Part shown: positions 37,789 through 47,678 of the stretch, piece by piece
How positions within the stretch are numbered: position 1 is the stretch's first letter
How the letters are laid out: the number at the start of each line of letters is the position of its first letter
DNA from: an uncultured Verrucomicrobiae bacterium
GTDB lineage: Bacteria > Verrucomicrobiota > Verrucomicrobiia > Limisphaerales > Palsa-1400
Assembly: GCA_963764165.1 (NCBI GenBank)
Contig: CAVXRD010000002.1
Coordinates: 3,040,001 to 3,104,000, forward strand
DNA length: 64,000 nucleotides
Reading direction: 5' to 3'
Translations under genes and position numbers: made by a program
The notes under the pieces: model-generated
What the model saw: the letters and a program-made list of their open reading frames with translations, nothing else
Databases searched by the model: none
Told to the model about the DNA's origin: nothing

Positions 37789-39144
37789 CTACGGACTCCG
37801 CTTGGCCGCCCTTTGCAGCCACACATCGACGCGCGGGGCATTCCAGTTATACGGCTTGTCCAATACGTCCAATTTGCCGTCGCCGTTCAGGTCAGCCACG
37901 CGTGCTTCGTGAAAATCGATGCCGGTGGAGAATATGGTTTTCTTGAAGTTCCCTCTGCCGTCGCCAAATAAAATCCACGCGGTGGCCGTGGGATTATCGG
38001 GGTTTTTCTGGCCTTCGCTCCACTTGGCCATTTCGGCGGCGAAGATGTCGAGGTTGCCGTCGCCGTCGATGTCCGCCACTTGCAGGCTGTGCCCGTGGAC
38101 CATGTCGCGATCCAGCAAATCATGGCCAACCCACGCGCTGCTGTTCTCCGGATTGCCCACGCATTGGTAAAGGCGCAGCGGGCCGATGCCGTCCCCCGGC
38201 GCGATGATCACCTGCGGAATTTTCCCCGGCTTGAATTTTCCCGCCGCAATCCGCCCGCCGATGATGCCGATTTGGATGGCATCGAATTTTTCCCCGCCGC
38301 GATGCTTGAGCCACAAATTTCCCGCCAGCAAATCCACTTTGCCGTCTCCGTCAATATCGCAGACCGCCATCCCTTCGGCGTAATGGAATCCGTTCTTGCG
38401 CGCTTCGCCGGCCTCGCCCGAGAATATTTTGGTCAGCGGCCACGGGCCTGAATGGCGCGGATCGGGCGGAATTTCGGCGAGGTAAATTGATTTGTCGCCC
38501 TGGTTCCAAAAGGCAAGTTGCGGTTTTCCAAGGCCAAGAAAATCGCCCACGGCCTGATCGTGGTGCTGGGTTGCGCCGCCCTTCTTGATGACATGGCGTT
38601 TCCACGAAACGCTGGGATTGTAATTGGAGCCGGGATTTTCCCACCACCAGACTTCGTCGCTTTGCCAGTCGCCGCCGAAAATCACGTCGGGATGTCCGTC
38701 ATTGTCCACGTCGCACACCACGCCGCCGGCTTCGACGGAGAGGAAATTCGATTCGATCACGTAGCGATCCCATCGGCCGCGCGCGGGACGGAACCAGACA
38801 AGCGCAGGCGCCCTCTGGCGAAAGCTCAGGATGAAACCATTCGTGCCGTCGTGGGCAAAGTCGCCGACTACCGCGCCTGTTTGCTGCGTCGAGGTTCCGG
38901 GGACGGGAAGATCGCCCGTTGAACTGGAGAGGTGCTGCCATTGGAGATCGCCAGCGTGGGCGGAGAGCAGAAGAGTGAAAAGCAGCGTCAACACTACTGC
39001 GGCTAAAGGTAGGGACGCCTCGCCGAGGCGTCCGGCGCCGTGGTATTTTTCGGACGCGTTCGGACTTGCGAATGTCCCCGGACGCCTCGGCGAGGCGTCC
39101 CTACCTCGCTTCGCTAAGCACGACAGTTGTCCGCAGTTTTTCAT
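37789..39144 (-). CDS. Secreted FG-GAP/VCBS repeat protein
   Basis: Repeated DxDGDGxxD motifs; hydrophobic h-region ending AHA. Confidence 0.85.
   Translation of the reverse strand: MKNCGQLSCLAKRGRDASPRRPGTFASPNASEKYHGAGRLGEASLPLAAVVLTLLFTLLLSAHAGDLQWQHLSSSTGDLPVPGTSTQQTGAVVGDFAHDGTNGFILSFRQRAPALVWFRPARGRWDRYVIESNFLSVEAGGVVCDVDNDGHPDVIFGGDWQSDEVWWWENPGSNYNPSVSWKRHVIKKGGATQHHDQAVGDFLGLGKPQLAFWNQGDKSIYLAEIPPDPRHSGPWPLTKIFSGEAGEARKNGFHYAEGMAVCDIDGDGKVDLLAGNLWLKHRGGEKFDAIQIGIIGGRIAAGKFKPGKIPQVIIAPGDGIGPLRLYQCVGNPENSSAWVGHDLLDRDMVHGHSLQVADIDGDGNLDIFAAEMAKWSEGQKNPDNPTATAWILFGDGRGNFKKTIFSTGIDFHEARVADLNGDGKLDVLDKPYNWNAPRVDVWLQRAAKRSP
39007..39106. repeat. GTAG-type REP doublet (29-bp perfect arms) inside the FG-GAP CDS
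   Basis: AGGTAGGGACGCCTCGCCGAGGCGTCCGG (39007-39035) and its exact reverse complement (39078-39106). Confidence 0.92.
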
Positions 39145-39145
39145 A

Positions 39146-41152
39146 TCAATACGCCGAAGGCGGGCGCAAATCCCAGCGCTCCAGCAATTCGTCCGGCAGT
39201 TCCTTGAGGAATCTCGACGGCAATTGCGCTTGCGCCGTCCATGTCCCCCGGGCCACGCGGATCAGCGGATATGTCAAATATAATTCATCCCGCGCCCGCG
39301 TGATGGCGACGTAAAACAAGCGCCGTTCCTCTTCTTCGCCATCCAATTCCTCCACCGAGCGGGCGGAGGGAAACGAGCCGTCCGCCAGCATGATGATGAA
39401 GACCACATCGAATTCGAGGCCTTTGGCTTGATGAATGGTCGAGAGGAGGACGCCGTCTTCATCCGACGGCTTGGGATCGTCGCCTTCGGCGTCGGCGGTC
39501 GTTTCCAGGGACATCTTCGTCAAGAATTCCTCCACGGTCTCGAATTGCACCGCGTAGCTGGCGAGCTTGTCCACGTCTTCTTTTCGCGCCTGATAATTGG
39601 CGAATTTCTCCTGCATGTAATCCTCGTAGCCCGCCTCCAAAACGAGCCGGATCATGCTGGCCGCGCTCTTGCGGGTGGCTGGATCTTCTAATTGACTGAC
39701 AGTGGCCGCGAGCTGCGCCCACGGCCCGGTGGATTTGTTGGGAACGACCGCGCGGATGCCAGACAAAACATTTGCCACCGGTTCGCCGGCAGCAAATTTG
39801 GCCCGGAACGCGTTCCAGATTTTTTCCGCCGATTTTGCGCCGATGCCGGGCAGCAGGCGGACCATCCGCTTGAAAGCCGATTCATCGCGGGGATTGATGA
39901 TGAATTTCAGATGGGCGGCAATGTCTTTGACATGCGCCTGCTCCCAAAAACGAATGCCGCTGGTGATGCTGAACGGAATGTTCCGGCGCGTCAGCTCCAA
40001 CTGCAATTCCAGCGCGTGAAAATGCGAGCGGTAGAGCACGGCAATTTTGTCAAGCGCACGGCCTTCCTCGCGCAATTCCAGGAGGCGCTGGGCCACGAAC
40101 GCCGCCTGCATCGTTTCATCCACGCAGGCGACCAGGGCCGGCTTCGCGCCCGATGGGCGGGCGGCGGCGAGTTCCTTGGGAAATTGCTGCGTGTTGGCGG
40201 CAATGGCGGCATTGGCCAGCCGCAATATTTCCGGCGTGCTGCGGTAATTGGTTTCAATCCGGTAGACGACTGATTTGGCGTGGCGCTCGGGAAACTTGAT
40301 GATGTTTTGAAAATGCGCGCCGCGCCATGAATAGATGCTTTGCGAATCGTCGCCCACCACCATGAGGTTGTCGTGGCGGGAGGATAGAATATCGAGCAGC
40401 GCGCCCTGAATTTTGTTGGTGTCCTGGTATTCGTCCACCATCACAAATTGAAACCGCCGCTGCATTTCCTCGCGCACGGTTTCGTGCTCGCGCAGCAGCT
40501 TCAGCCACAGCGCCAGAAGATCGTCGAAATCCATCGCGTTGGAGGAGCGCTTGCGCTCTTGATAAGCAGCCAGCAAAGCAGTCATGCGCGGCGCTTCCTC
40601 GAGGAAATAATCAAATTGTTTCCGCAAAATGTTTTCGACCGGCTCGTCTTTGTTGACGGCCAGCGAGAAAATATCGCCGAGAACATCCGTCTTCGGAAAA
40701 TGCTCGCTCTTCTGGTCTATGTCCGTCTCGTCCACGCACGCCTTGAGCAGCTCCCGGGCGTCGTCGCGGTCCAAAATGGAAAAATCCGCGCCGAAGCCAA
40801 TATGCCCTGCGTATCGCCTCAGCACCCGCGCGCCGATGGAATGAAACGTGCCCCCCCAAAGCCCCGACAATTCGCCGCCCAGCAGATCATTGACGCGCAG
40901 CATCATCTCGCGGGCCGCCTTGTTGGTGAACGTCAACAATAATATGGCCTCCGGCGGAATGCCCTGCTCCAGCAAATAGGCCACCCGGTAAGTCAGCGTC
41001 CGCGTTTTGCCGGAGCCCGCGCCGGCGATCACGAGGGCCGGGCCGGGCGGCGCGGTCACGGCTGCGTGCTGCTGCGCGTTCAGCTCCTTTTCGTAATCGA
41101 TCCGAAGCGTGGCCGGCTGCCGGGACGGCTGTAAAATATATTCTCGCGGCAT
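39146..41152 (-). CDS. UvrD/PcrA/Rep-family ATP-dependent DNA helicase
   Basis: AGAGSGKT, TFTNKAA, VDEYQD, GDDSQSIY, NYRS, STIHQAKGLEF, RRLFYVAITRA. Confidence 0.95.
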   Translation of the reverse strand: MPREYILQPSRQPATLRIDYEKELNAQQHAAVTAPPGPALVIAGAGSGKTRTLTYRVAYLLEQGIPPEAILLLTFTNKAAREMMLRVNDLLGGELSGLWGGTFHSIGARVLRRYAGHIGFGADFSILDRDDARELLKACVDETDIDQKSEHFPKTDVLGDIFSLAVNKDEPVENILRKQFDYFLEEAPRMTALLAAYQERKRSSNAMDFDDLLALWLKLLREHETVREEMQRRFQFVMVDEYQDTNKIQGALLDILSSRHDNLMVVGDDSQSIYSWRGAHFQNIIKFPERHAKSVVYRIETNYRSTPEILRLANAAIAANTQQFPKELAAARPSGAKPALVACVDETMQAAFVAQRLLELREEGRALDKIAVLYRSHFHALELQLELTRRNIPFSITSGIRFWEQAHVKDIAAHLKFIINPRDESAFKRMVRLLPGIGAKSAEKIWNAFRAKFAAGEPVANVLSGIRAVVPNKSTGPWAQLAATVSQLEDPATRKSAASMIRLVLEAGYEDYMQEKFANYQARKEDVDKLASYAVQFETVEEFLTKMSLETTADAEGDDPKPSDEDGVLLSTIHQAKGLEFDVVFIIMLADGSFPSARSVEELDGEEEERRLFYVAITRARDELYLTYPLIRVARGTWTAQAQLPSRFLKELPDELLERWDLRPPSAY

Positions 41153-41169
41153 GCGGAGGATGTTGCGGC

Positions 41170-42060
41170 TTACGGCCGCGACCGCGCCGCCAGATCGCGC
41201 TTGAGCCGCGCGATGTTGGCTTCGATGCGCTCGATGTAGGGATTCGGGCCATCGGGGTAGGGATCGTTGAGAAAACGGTAGACGCCCCGGAAATCGCGGG
41301 CGATTTTTGTGCGCACGTAATTTTCCCAGAAGAGCGGCGTCTTCTGCATCAGGTCATCGGCGCTGCTGAAAAATCCGCCCGCCGTCATTTTTCCATTGCG
41401 GTTGAATTCGGCCGACTCGGCGAATTCTGAGTAAAGAATCGGCAGCTTGTCGACATAATCCACCGCCGCCAATTGGCCGAGCAAATCGGAAGTGCCGAGC
41501 GCATATCCCACCAGCCGCTCCAATTCGTCCTGAAATTGCACCGTCTCCAATTTCACATTGACACCCGTGCAGCGAATCATGTTTTGGACAGCGAGGATAT
41601 CTTCCACCGCGTAGTCATTGGCGAGCATTAATTCACCCGCGAACCCGATGCTGCGATCGACATGGATCAAGGTGTATTTCGCGCCGGTGCCTTCGGTGTC
41701 GCCCTTTTTTTTAAGATAGCCGGTGTCATGGGTCAGGATGGCAAGGATGCCCAGCTCGAACATGCGCTGGGTCAGGAGCGGCTCCTCCGGAAGGTGATTT
41801 CGCGCGCGCAAAAGCCGCGCCATGCAAAGGCAGCCCTGCATGGTGTGCTCGAAATCGTGATAATGAGCGTCGATAGCCTGATAGTCGCGATATTTGCCGT
41901 CGAACCATAAATTCGCCCAGCCAAAAACGCGAGGCACGAAACTCTTGTCCCCATGCGGGAACATCTCGCGGTAAACGGCTTGCACCTCCGTCTCCACTGC
42001 CGACGGATCGCGAGTATTCACCGATTCCAGCATGCTAACACTATTCATTTCACTGAACAC
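41170..42060 (-). CDS. HD-domain metal-dependent phosphohydrolase
   Basis: YHDFEH..THDTGY..HVDRS..SDLLG. Confidence 0.75.
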   Translation of the reverse strand: MFSEMNSVSMLESVNTRDPSAVETEVQAVYREMFPHGDKSFVPRVFGWANLWFDGKYRDYQAIDAHYHDFEHTMQGCLCMARLLRARNHLPEEPLLTQRMFELGILAILTHDTGYLKKKGDTEGTGAKYTLIHVDRSIGFAGELMLANDYAVEDILAVQNMIRCTGVNVKLETVQFQDELERLVGYALGTSDLLGQLAAVDYVDKLPILYSEFAESAEFNRNGKMTAGGFFSSADDLMQKTPLFWENYVRTKIARDFRGVYRFLNDPYPDGPNPYIERIEANIARLKRDLAARSRP

Positions 42061-42100
42061 AAATGCACGCTTTATTTTGGTTTCTGGGGGAAGAATTGAA

Positions 42101-42249
42101 TCTGGAACTCAGGAAATCAGGAAAAGAGGCGAAATCGTTTTGGGAGCGATGGGAGGGATAGGAATTATGAGGGACCCATGACGCTCTTGATTTCACGAGT
42201 GCGCGCGAGATCACCTTCAGCCTCTTTTCCTGATTTCCTGAGTTCCAGA
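42101..42249. repeat. MITE-like element with perfect 30-bp terminal inverted repeats
   Basis: TCTGGAACTCAGGAAATCAGGAAAAGAGGC (42101-42130) / exact reverse complement (42220-42249). Confidence 0.88.
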
Positions 42250-42318
42250 ATAATTTTCTTCCCCATTCCTGCTCGGTGTTGCAGCCCGCTTGCGCTGGCC
42301 ATAAACTTTTGCCGACGC

Positions 42319-42942
42319 ATGCGCCACAAAGCCCAGGAACATCTCCGAAAAGTCGATCCTGTTTTTGAACAGTTGATCGAAAAATTCGGGCATGTCGGCA
42401 TCGAGCGCCGCGGGCTGCCGCCGTTTCAATCCCTCATTCACGCCATCGCGCATCAGCAATTGAACGGCAAGGCGGCCAAGACGATTCTGGCCCGGTTTGA
42501 GGCGCTGTTCAATCATGGCCGATTTCCCACGCCCGAGGAGGTTCTCAAGCTGGAAATCGAAATGCTTCGCTCCGCCGGGTTCTCCCGGGCCAAGGCAGCC
42601 TCCGTCGTCATGCTGGCGGAACGCAGCCTGGCCGGCCTCGTGCCTTCCATGGCCCAATGCGAAAAAATGACCGACGCCGAAATCGTCGAATGTTTGACAG
42701 AGATCAAGGGGATCGGACGCTGGACGGCGGAAATGTTCCTGATGTTCAACCTGGGCCGCCCGGATATTTTGCCGGTGCATGATTTTGGCGTTCGAAAAGG
42801 ATTTCAAGTGGCATATCGAAAACGGAAAATGCCCGAGCCCGAGCAACTGGAGAAATTCGGCAAGCGCTGGAGCCCGCATCGCACGACCGCGTCGCTTTAT
42901 TTATACCGGGCCGCTGATTTTCTCAAAGAGGGTGAGTGGTAG
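42319..42942 (+). CDS. DNA-3-methyladenine glycosylase II (AlkA-like, HhH-GPD)
   Basis: HQQL, IKGIGRWTAEMFLMF, PVHDFG, WSPHR. Confidence 0.9.
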   Translation: MRHKAQEHLRKVDPVFEQLIEKFGHVGIERRGLPPFQSLIHAIAHQQLNGKAAKTILARFEALFNHGRFPTPEEVLKLEIEMLRSAGFSRAKAASVVMLAERSLAGLVPSMAQCEKMTDAEIVECLTEIKGIGRWTAEMFLMFNLGRPDILPVHDFGVRKGFQVAYRKRKMPEPEQLEKFGKRWSPHRTTASLYLYRAADFLKEGEW

Positions 42943-43007
42943 AGGGTCAGTTATGGACAGATCTCGGCAAGGCGAGGCTGCCAATGAACCCCTTTGGATT
43001 CAAGATG

Positions 43008-43125
43008 GGATGCGGGACGCGAGGCGCGTCCCGCTGCACGCGGGGGCGCGTGCGCTCCCCGGAATCAAAGGCCTGGGGAGCACACGAGCCTCGCGTGTCG
43101 CGGTCGGCGCCCTCGCCGACCGTTC
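43008..43125. repeat. REP-like palindrome cluster
   Basis: GCGGGACGCGAGGCGCGTCCCGC, GCGTGCGCTCCCC / GGGGAGCACACG, CGGTCGGCG..CGCCGACCG. Confidence 0.65.
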
Positions 43126-43332
43126 CCTTCGAGAATTCCGCCGGTCTAACTGTTTCATTGGCACTTCTGACCCGTTTAATGAGTTTCGTTGGCAGCCATT
43201 CGGGCGGTGAATGCAATCAAGCGCCAAGAAATCGCCGGGGAAAGATTCTTGCGAACGGCCATGGCCGAGCGTTTCGGCATAAAAACAGACTCCTCCACAT
43301 TTCCAGTGGAATGAGGGTTTGTCATTTTGTTA

Positions 43333-43952
43333 CTCTGCGCACTCATCTTCTCTGCGCGAAAATTCTTTTCCCTCTGGCAGCCCATCGACAATGCGTGGGG
43401 CTTCCCGACAACCAGATGAGACCGAAACTGCTTGCCATGCAGGGTTCGTGTGGACGCGATACGAAAGATAAGAATGAATTCCCAATTCCCAAGTATCACG
43501 AAATGCTTTTACCTGCTCTGGCTCCCCTCAGTTGATACGGCAAACCAATGTCAATGCGCAAGTTCGCTTTGGAGAGGCCGAACGTGGAAGCGATTTGAAC
43601 ACGCCGGTCAAAACGTCAAGTATTTGTTCAAGAAACGTGCTGAAAACACAAAATGCTCATACTGGCGCTTGCCGGACGACCGGACGTCGAGTGAGTCGCA
43701 TTACCCCAATTTCATTGCAAATGAAACCCGCTGCGTGTGAATCACTTATACCACAAAATCGTGCAATTACAAGCAAAATTGACGCAAGGGCCATTCGCCC
43801 TTAGGTTTCTTCCTGTCGCCGCCATGGCGTGTTCTTTGATATTTTGCGTTCGAATTCAGGCCGGGCGGAACCTCTGCGCGCGAACGCGTTTCATCCGAGG
43901 ATGAAACCACTAGGGAAAAGAGAGATCGCGCAGAGAAGATGAGTGCGCAGAG
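43333..43952. mobile_element. 620-bp segment bounded by perfect 27-bp inverted repeats
   Basis: CTCTGCGCACTCATCTTCTCTGCGCGA (43333-43359) / reverse complement (43926-43952); third diverged arm at ~47140-47180. Confidence 0.55.
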
Positions 43953-44174
43953 GGAACAGTAATTGTGATCGGGGCGTTGCACACTATTGCAACCTTGGTT
44001 TTCGCGAGAAGGCGCGGTGGGCTAGCCTGTTGTTGTTTCATCCGGCTTCTTCAAACAGGTTTCCGGCAAAGGTAGCGGGTTTTTAGCGGCTCTGTAATGC
44101 CAAAGGTAGGGTTCTTCCGCTCGCAAGCATGGGGAAAATATCGGGGCGGAGACGCAGCTCCGCCCTGCCGCAAA

Positions 44175-45029
44175 TCATATGTTTTGGGCGATGGCGCGCA
44201 ATTGGCGGTATTCCACCAGAATTGTTTTCAAGGCCGCCGCCGCGGCTTCCACTTGCGAGTAAAGCGAGGCCCGCTGCGGTGTCTCGAATGTCAGCTCGAA
44301 GGGCGGACGCTCGATTCCTGGCGGCGAACGAAGCACCCCTTGGTAAGAGCGGTAAATAACCCCGGCCCGCGCCGGAAAACCGTCGATGATCGGACGGCGA
44401 TCTCGCGGGAGAAACGCCTCCGCTGTGCGCAATGCCGGCTCCAGCAGATTCTCGGAAAGCACTGAGCCGTTGACATAGCCGTAAAGGCCCGTGCTCGTAT
44501 TGTCCGAATGCAGCATGATCAGGCCGTCGAAGGCGTGCAGGTAAATCTCCGATTCCAAGAAGCGCACCTCGCGCTCCTCCGACTGCCGCCAGAATTCGCG
44601 GTTTAGATCCTTTCCGGAAGCCGAATGGCGGGTGCCAGCCTCAAAACCGCTTGGGTTGCAGACCGGGTACAGGAATAGCGCGTAGCCCTTGCCGATTTCC
44701 GGGTCGCGCTCCAGCATGTGAACCAGCCGGCTGATGGCCAGCGTTCCTTCCGGCTCGTCGCCGTGAATCGCGCCAAAGATGCCGAGGCGAATCACATCGC
44801 CGCCGCCGCGCTCGCCAAGATAGACATAGCGCGGAATCGGCGGCTCGCCCGCCCCATTGCGCCCGAAATGAGGCCGCAGCAAATGCTGGGAGCGGCTCGC
44901 GACATCGTCGAGCGGTGACAAAATGCGATCCAGCGGTTTGCGTTCAAAAACCGGGATGCGCGCGGTTGCAACAGATTTTTTTGTATCGGCGGTACTCACA
45001 GCATACACCTTTCTTTCAAATTTCAACAT
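44175..45029 (-). CDS. M14-family zinc carboxypeptidase / succinylglutamate desuccinylase-like
   Basis: HGDE, NPSG..R..DLNR, LHSD, FETP; promoter TTGACA-16-TATAGT at 45081-45054. Confidence 0.85.
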   Translation of the reverse strand: MLKFERKVYAVSTADTKKSVATARIPVFERKPLDRILSPLDDVASRSQHLLRPHFGRNGAGEPPIPRYVYLGERGGGDVIRLGIFGAIHGDEPEGTLAISRLVHMLERDPEIGKGYALFLYPVCNPSGFEAGTRHSASGKDLNREFWRQSEEREVRFLESEIYLHAFDGLIMLHSDNTSTGLYGYVNGSVLSENLLEPALRTAEAFLPRDRRPIIDGFPARAGVIYRSYQGVLRSPPGIERPPFELTFETPQRASLYSQVEAAAAALKTILVEYRQLRAIAQNI

Positions 45030-45105
45030 TCACATTTCCAGCCCACACAACCGACTATATCAACAATCCATACTATGTCAATAGACTAATTAGGATTAAT
45101 GAAAA

Positions 45106-45330
45106 ATGAACAACCGAATCAACGAAAAGGTAAGGGCAGCGAACGGCGCACTCGCTTGGTCAGCGGTAAAGTCCGCAGCTTAGGATCTCGTCATTACCGA
45201 TAAATCCATGCCAAAGGTCACAGGCGTCGAGTTGATGGAAACGATTCATCGCGCCAACATACGAAAAGTCTTGAGCAGTGTGAGCGGCGATGCTTCGCAA
45301 GAAAAAAGTCGGATTCCAGCAAACGCGTAG
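45106..45330 (+). pseudogene. Degenerate response-regulator receiver fragment
   Basis: Manual translation AANGALAWSAVKSAA*DLVITDKSMPKVTGVELM with TAG at 45181. Confidence 0.65.
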
Positions 45331-45385
45331 AGCGGAGAAGCCTTCGACGAAAATGCGATGAGTCCGCGCGAAGCGGCCCGCAGCA

Positions 45386-45462
<77 letters not shown>

Positions 45463-45616
45463 AGCCAAAGAGCAGGGAGCTTAATCATTCCCCCTTCATC
45501 ATGCAAGCGCCTTTTCCGACGGCTTTTTGGCCCGTTCTCGATCAGCTTGATTGCGAAATGACGATGGCCCGACGAAATTCCATCCGCGCAGGAGCCCAGC
45601 GGGCAGGCGGCTGTGC

Positions 45617-45772
45617 CTAACGGCCTTGATTAATCGTAGAAGGAAACGGCCCCTCCCAGCCCTGCGGCTGATCCCACGGCACACTCGAATCGGAGTCCGT
45701 GGCGCAGCCAGCCAGCGAGCCAGCGGCGGCCGCGAGCAACAAAACGCAGAGAATGTTGCGCCAAAGGTTCAT
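45617..45772 (-). CDS. Small lipoprotein (51 aa)
   Basis: MNLWRNILCVLLLAAAAGSLAGC lipobox; PW..P..WEG. Confidence 0.7.
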   Translation of the reverse strand: MNLWRNILCVLLLAAAAGSLAGCATDSDSSVPWDQPQGWEGPFPSTINQGR

Positions 45773-45776
45773 CGAA

Positions 45777-46529
45777 TCAATACAGGACTTCGTCGCCTTC
45801 CATGATCTCGCCGCGCTGCTTCCAGCCCGGCAGGATGTTGGCAACGCATTCGGTCTTGGAAACGCTGGAGATTTTGACTTTGCCGAGCAGCTTTCCGTTG
45901 CGGTCCACCATCATTTCACCGCGCTGCCGGACACCTTGGTCCGAACCGATGTTGAGCACAACGAAGTTAAACTTGGGATCGACCGAAACGATTTTGCCGC
46001 GCAAGCCAGGAGGCAGCATGACGGCTTCATCCGGGTTGACCATGGCCAGGTACCGATCTTTCCAATCGGTGGCTTCGGACGCCAGCGCTTTATTTTCCTT
46101 GATAAGAACCTGTTCTGCATTCCTTTTCTTGACGAGTTCTGACTCCATGTCTTTGATCTGCTCCACCGATTTGCCAAGGGCGCGCCAGCGTTCGAGCTGA
46201 GCCTGGGCTTCGTCCCGCTCCGCGATGGCCTTATCCGATTTGTCGGATAAATCCTTGTTTTTCGCGGTAAGATCCTCCACTTGGCCTTTGGCGGCTACCA
46301 GATCACTCTTGGTCTGCTCCAGGTCTTTTTTTGTCGTGGCCAAGGTGGCTTGAGTTTCGTTAAGGGTTTTCTTTGTTTGCTTGTGGTCGGCGACTTCCTT
46401 GTCGTCCTTCTGATGCCACGAATCCCTTTCGGCCCGCGTGTTGACGATGATGTCCTGAACCTTGGTGATGGTCAGTGCGGTTGCGGCGATGCCCGCAACG
46501 ATTGCTATAATCAGAAATATTCGCAGCAT
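45777..46529 (-). CDS. Membrane-anchored coiled-coil protein with C-terminal beta domain
   Basis: N-terminal TM, long heptad region, GKIVSVDPKFNFVVLNIG. Confidence 0.75.
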   Translation of the reverse strand: MLRIFLIIAIVAGIAATALTITKVQDIIVNTRAERDSWHQKDDKEVADHKQTKKTLNETQATLATTKKDLEQTKSDLVAAKGQVEDLTAKNKDLSDKSDKAIAERDEAQAQLERWRALGKSVEQIKDMESELVKKRNAEQVLIKENKALASEATDWKDRYLAMVNPDEAVMLPPGLRGKIVSVDPKFNFVVLNIGSDQGVRQRGEMMVDRNGKLLGKVKISSVSKTECVANILPGWKQRGEIMEGDEVLY

Positions 46530-46667
46530 GATATAAGTCCTTTAACTTTCAAAAAAATTACGACGAACCCGGATGCATGTCAACGATCACTTTATTTTTC
46601 TTTCCGGCGGGAAACCGTCCATCCCCATTTTTTCCGGAGGGGAGTCAAAGAGGCAATGGCGGGTGGA

Positions 46668-46795
46668 GGCTCTTTTCCTGAGTTCGGTCGTTCCGGATTC
46701 AATTTTCCCAATTTTTTCGTCAAGAATCGTGCTGAAAAACCTCTGGTAGGTTTTCCATCCCGCGCCATCCGTGCCAAAGTGCAGCCATGCTTATG
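46668..46795 (+). repeat. Second copy of the 3297-3425 repeat block
   Basis: Alignable by eye over ~130 bp, includes the exact 42-mer. Confidence 0.85.
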
Positions 46796-47678
46796 TTGTG
46801 GTTAATGTGCCGCCGTCTCGGTAATCTGTTGTCGGAACCACAGCGACGGAGTTTCCACCGCCTTCCCACGGTTCCGAAACGTTTTCAGCCGAATGAAATA
46901 GGGCCTATGCCACCTGAGAGGCCTCCTTCAAGCGGGTTTCGCCAGAAAGAATTGTTGCACCCTATTGCACCTACCGTTTTGCGGAGGCCAGATTGCGCCC
47001 TCCAGAACCGGTTTCCGGCCGGGATTCTGATTCCGCTGAAGACACTCAGGAATCAAACGTTGCACCCCATCTTGTCGAGATTCAACGGTGTAGCGGATGT
47101 TGCAGTCTTTCGAAGATTATGAATACTCAATGCTTTGTCCTCTGCGAACTCATCTTCTGTGCACGAGAATTCTTTTTCTCTTGGGGCAACGTGCAATTTA
47201 TTGCAGGGCAAACCATTAGGGTGATTCATCCGGGCGCTGGCTGGCACGGCGAACGGATTATGGTGAGCAAAATTTGCGCAAAGTCCGAATTTTCCCATTG
47301 ACGAATTGCCACACGAGTGTAACAATCAATGCTTATCCGGGTCGCGGAAGGATCCGGCGCCAGCAGAGCCACCAGCGCACCGTCTATATAAAACGGGTGT
47401 TTGTGCGGTCACGTGGGCGCCGAAACCAACGCAACGAAAAATGAGATTTTCGCGGCCAACTTAGAACGAGCCGTGTGGCCCCAGGCAACGCGTGCGTCGC
47501 AAATGATGTGCAAAAGAACCATCGTCGGGCGGATGATCAGTCCCCCGATTATCGATGGCGGAATATTGAACAATCCGCATGCGCAGCGGTGTCCTCTGGA
47601 ATCCCCGCGAAAAATTGTCTTAGTGCGTTCTGAAACCATATTAGGAAGTCCGCATCCCTCATTTTAATTGCGAGCATT

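Noticed and set aside
42936..44170. Several 70-200-aa ORFs
   Set aside because: Overlap repeats and lack coherent motifs; treated as non-coding or decayed.
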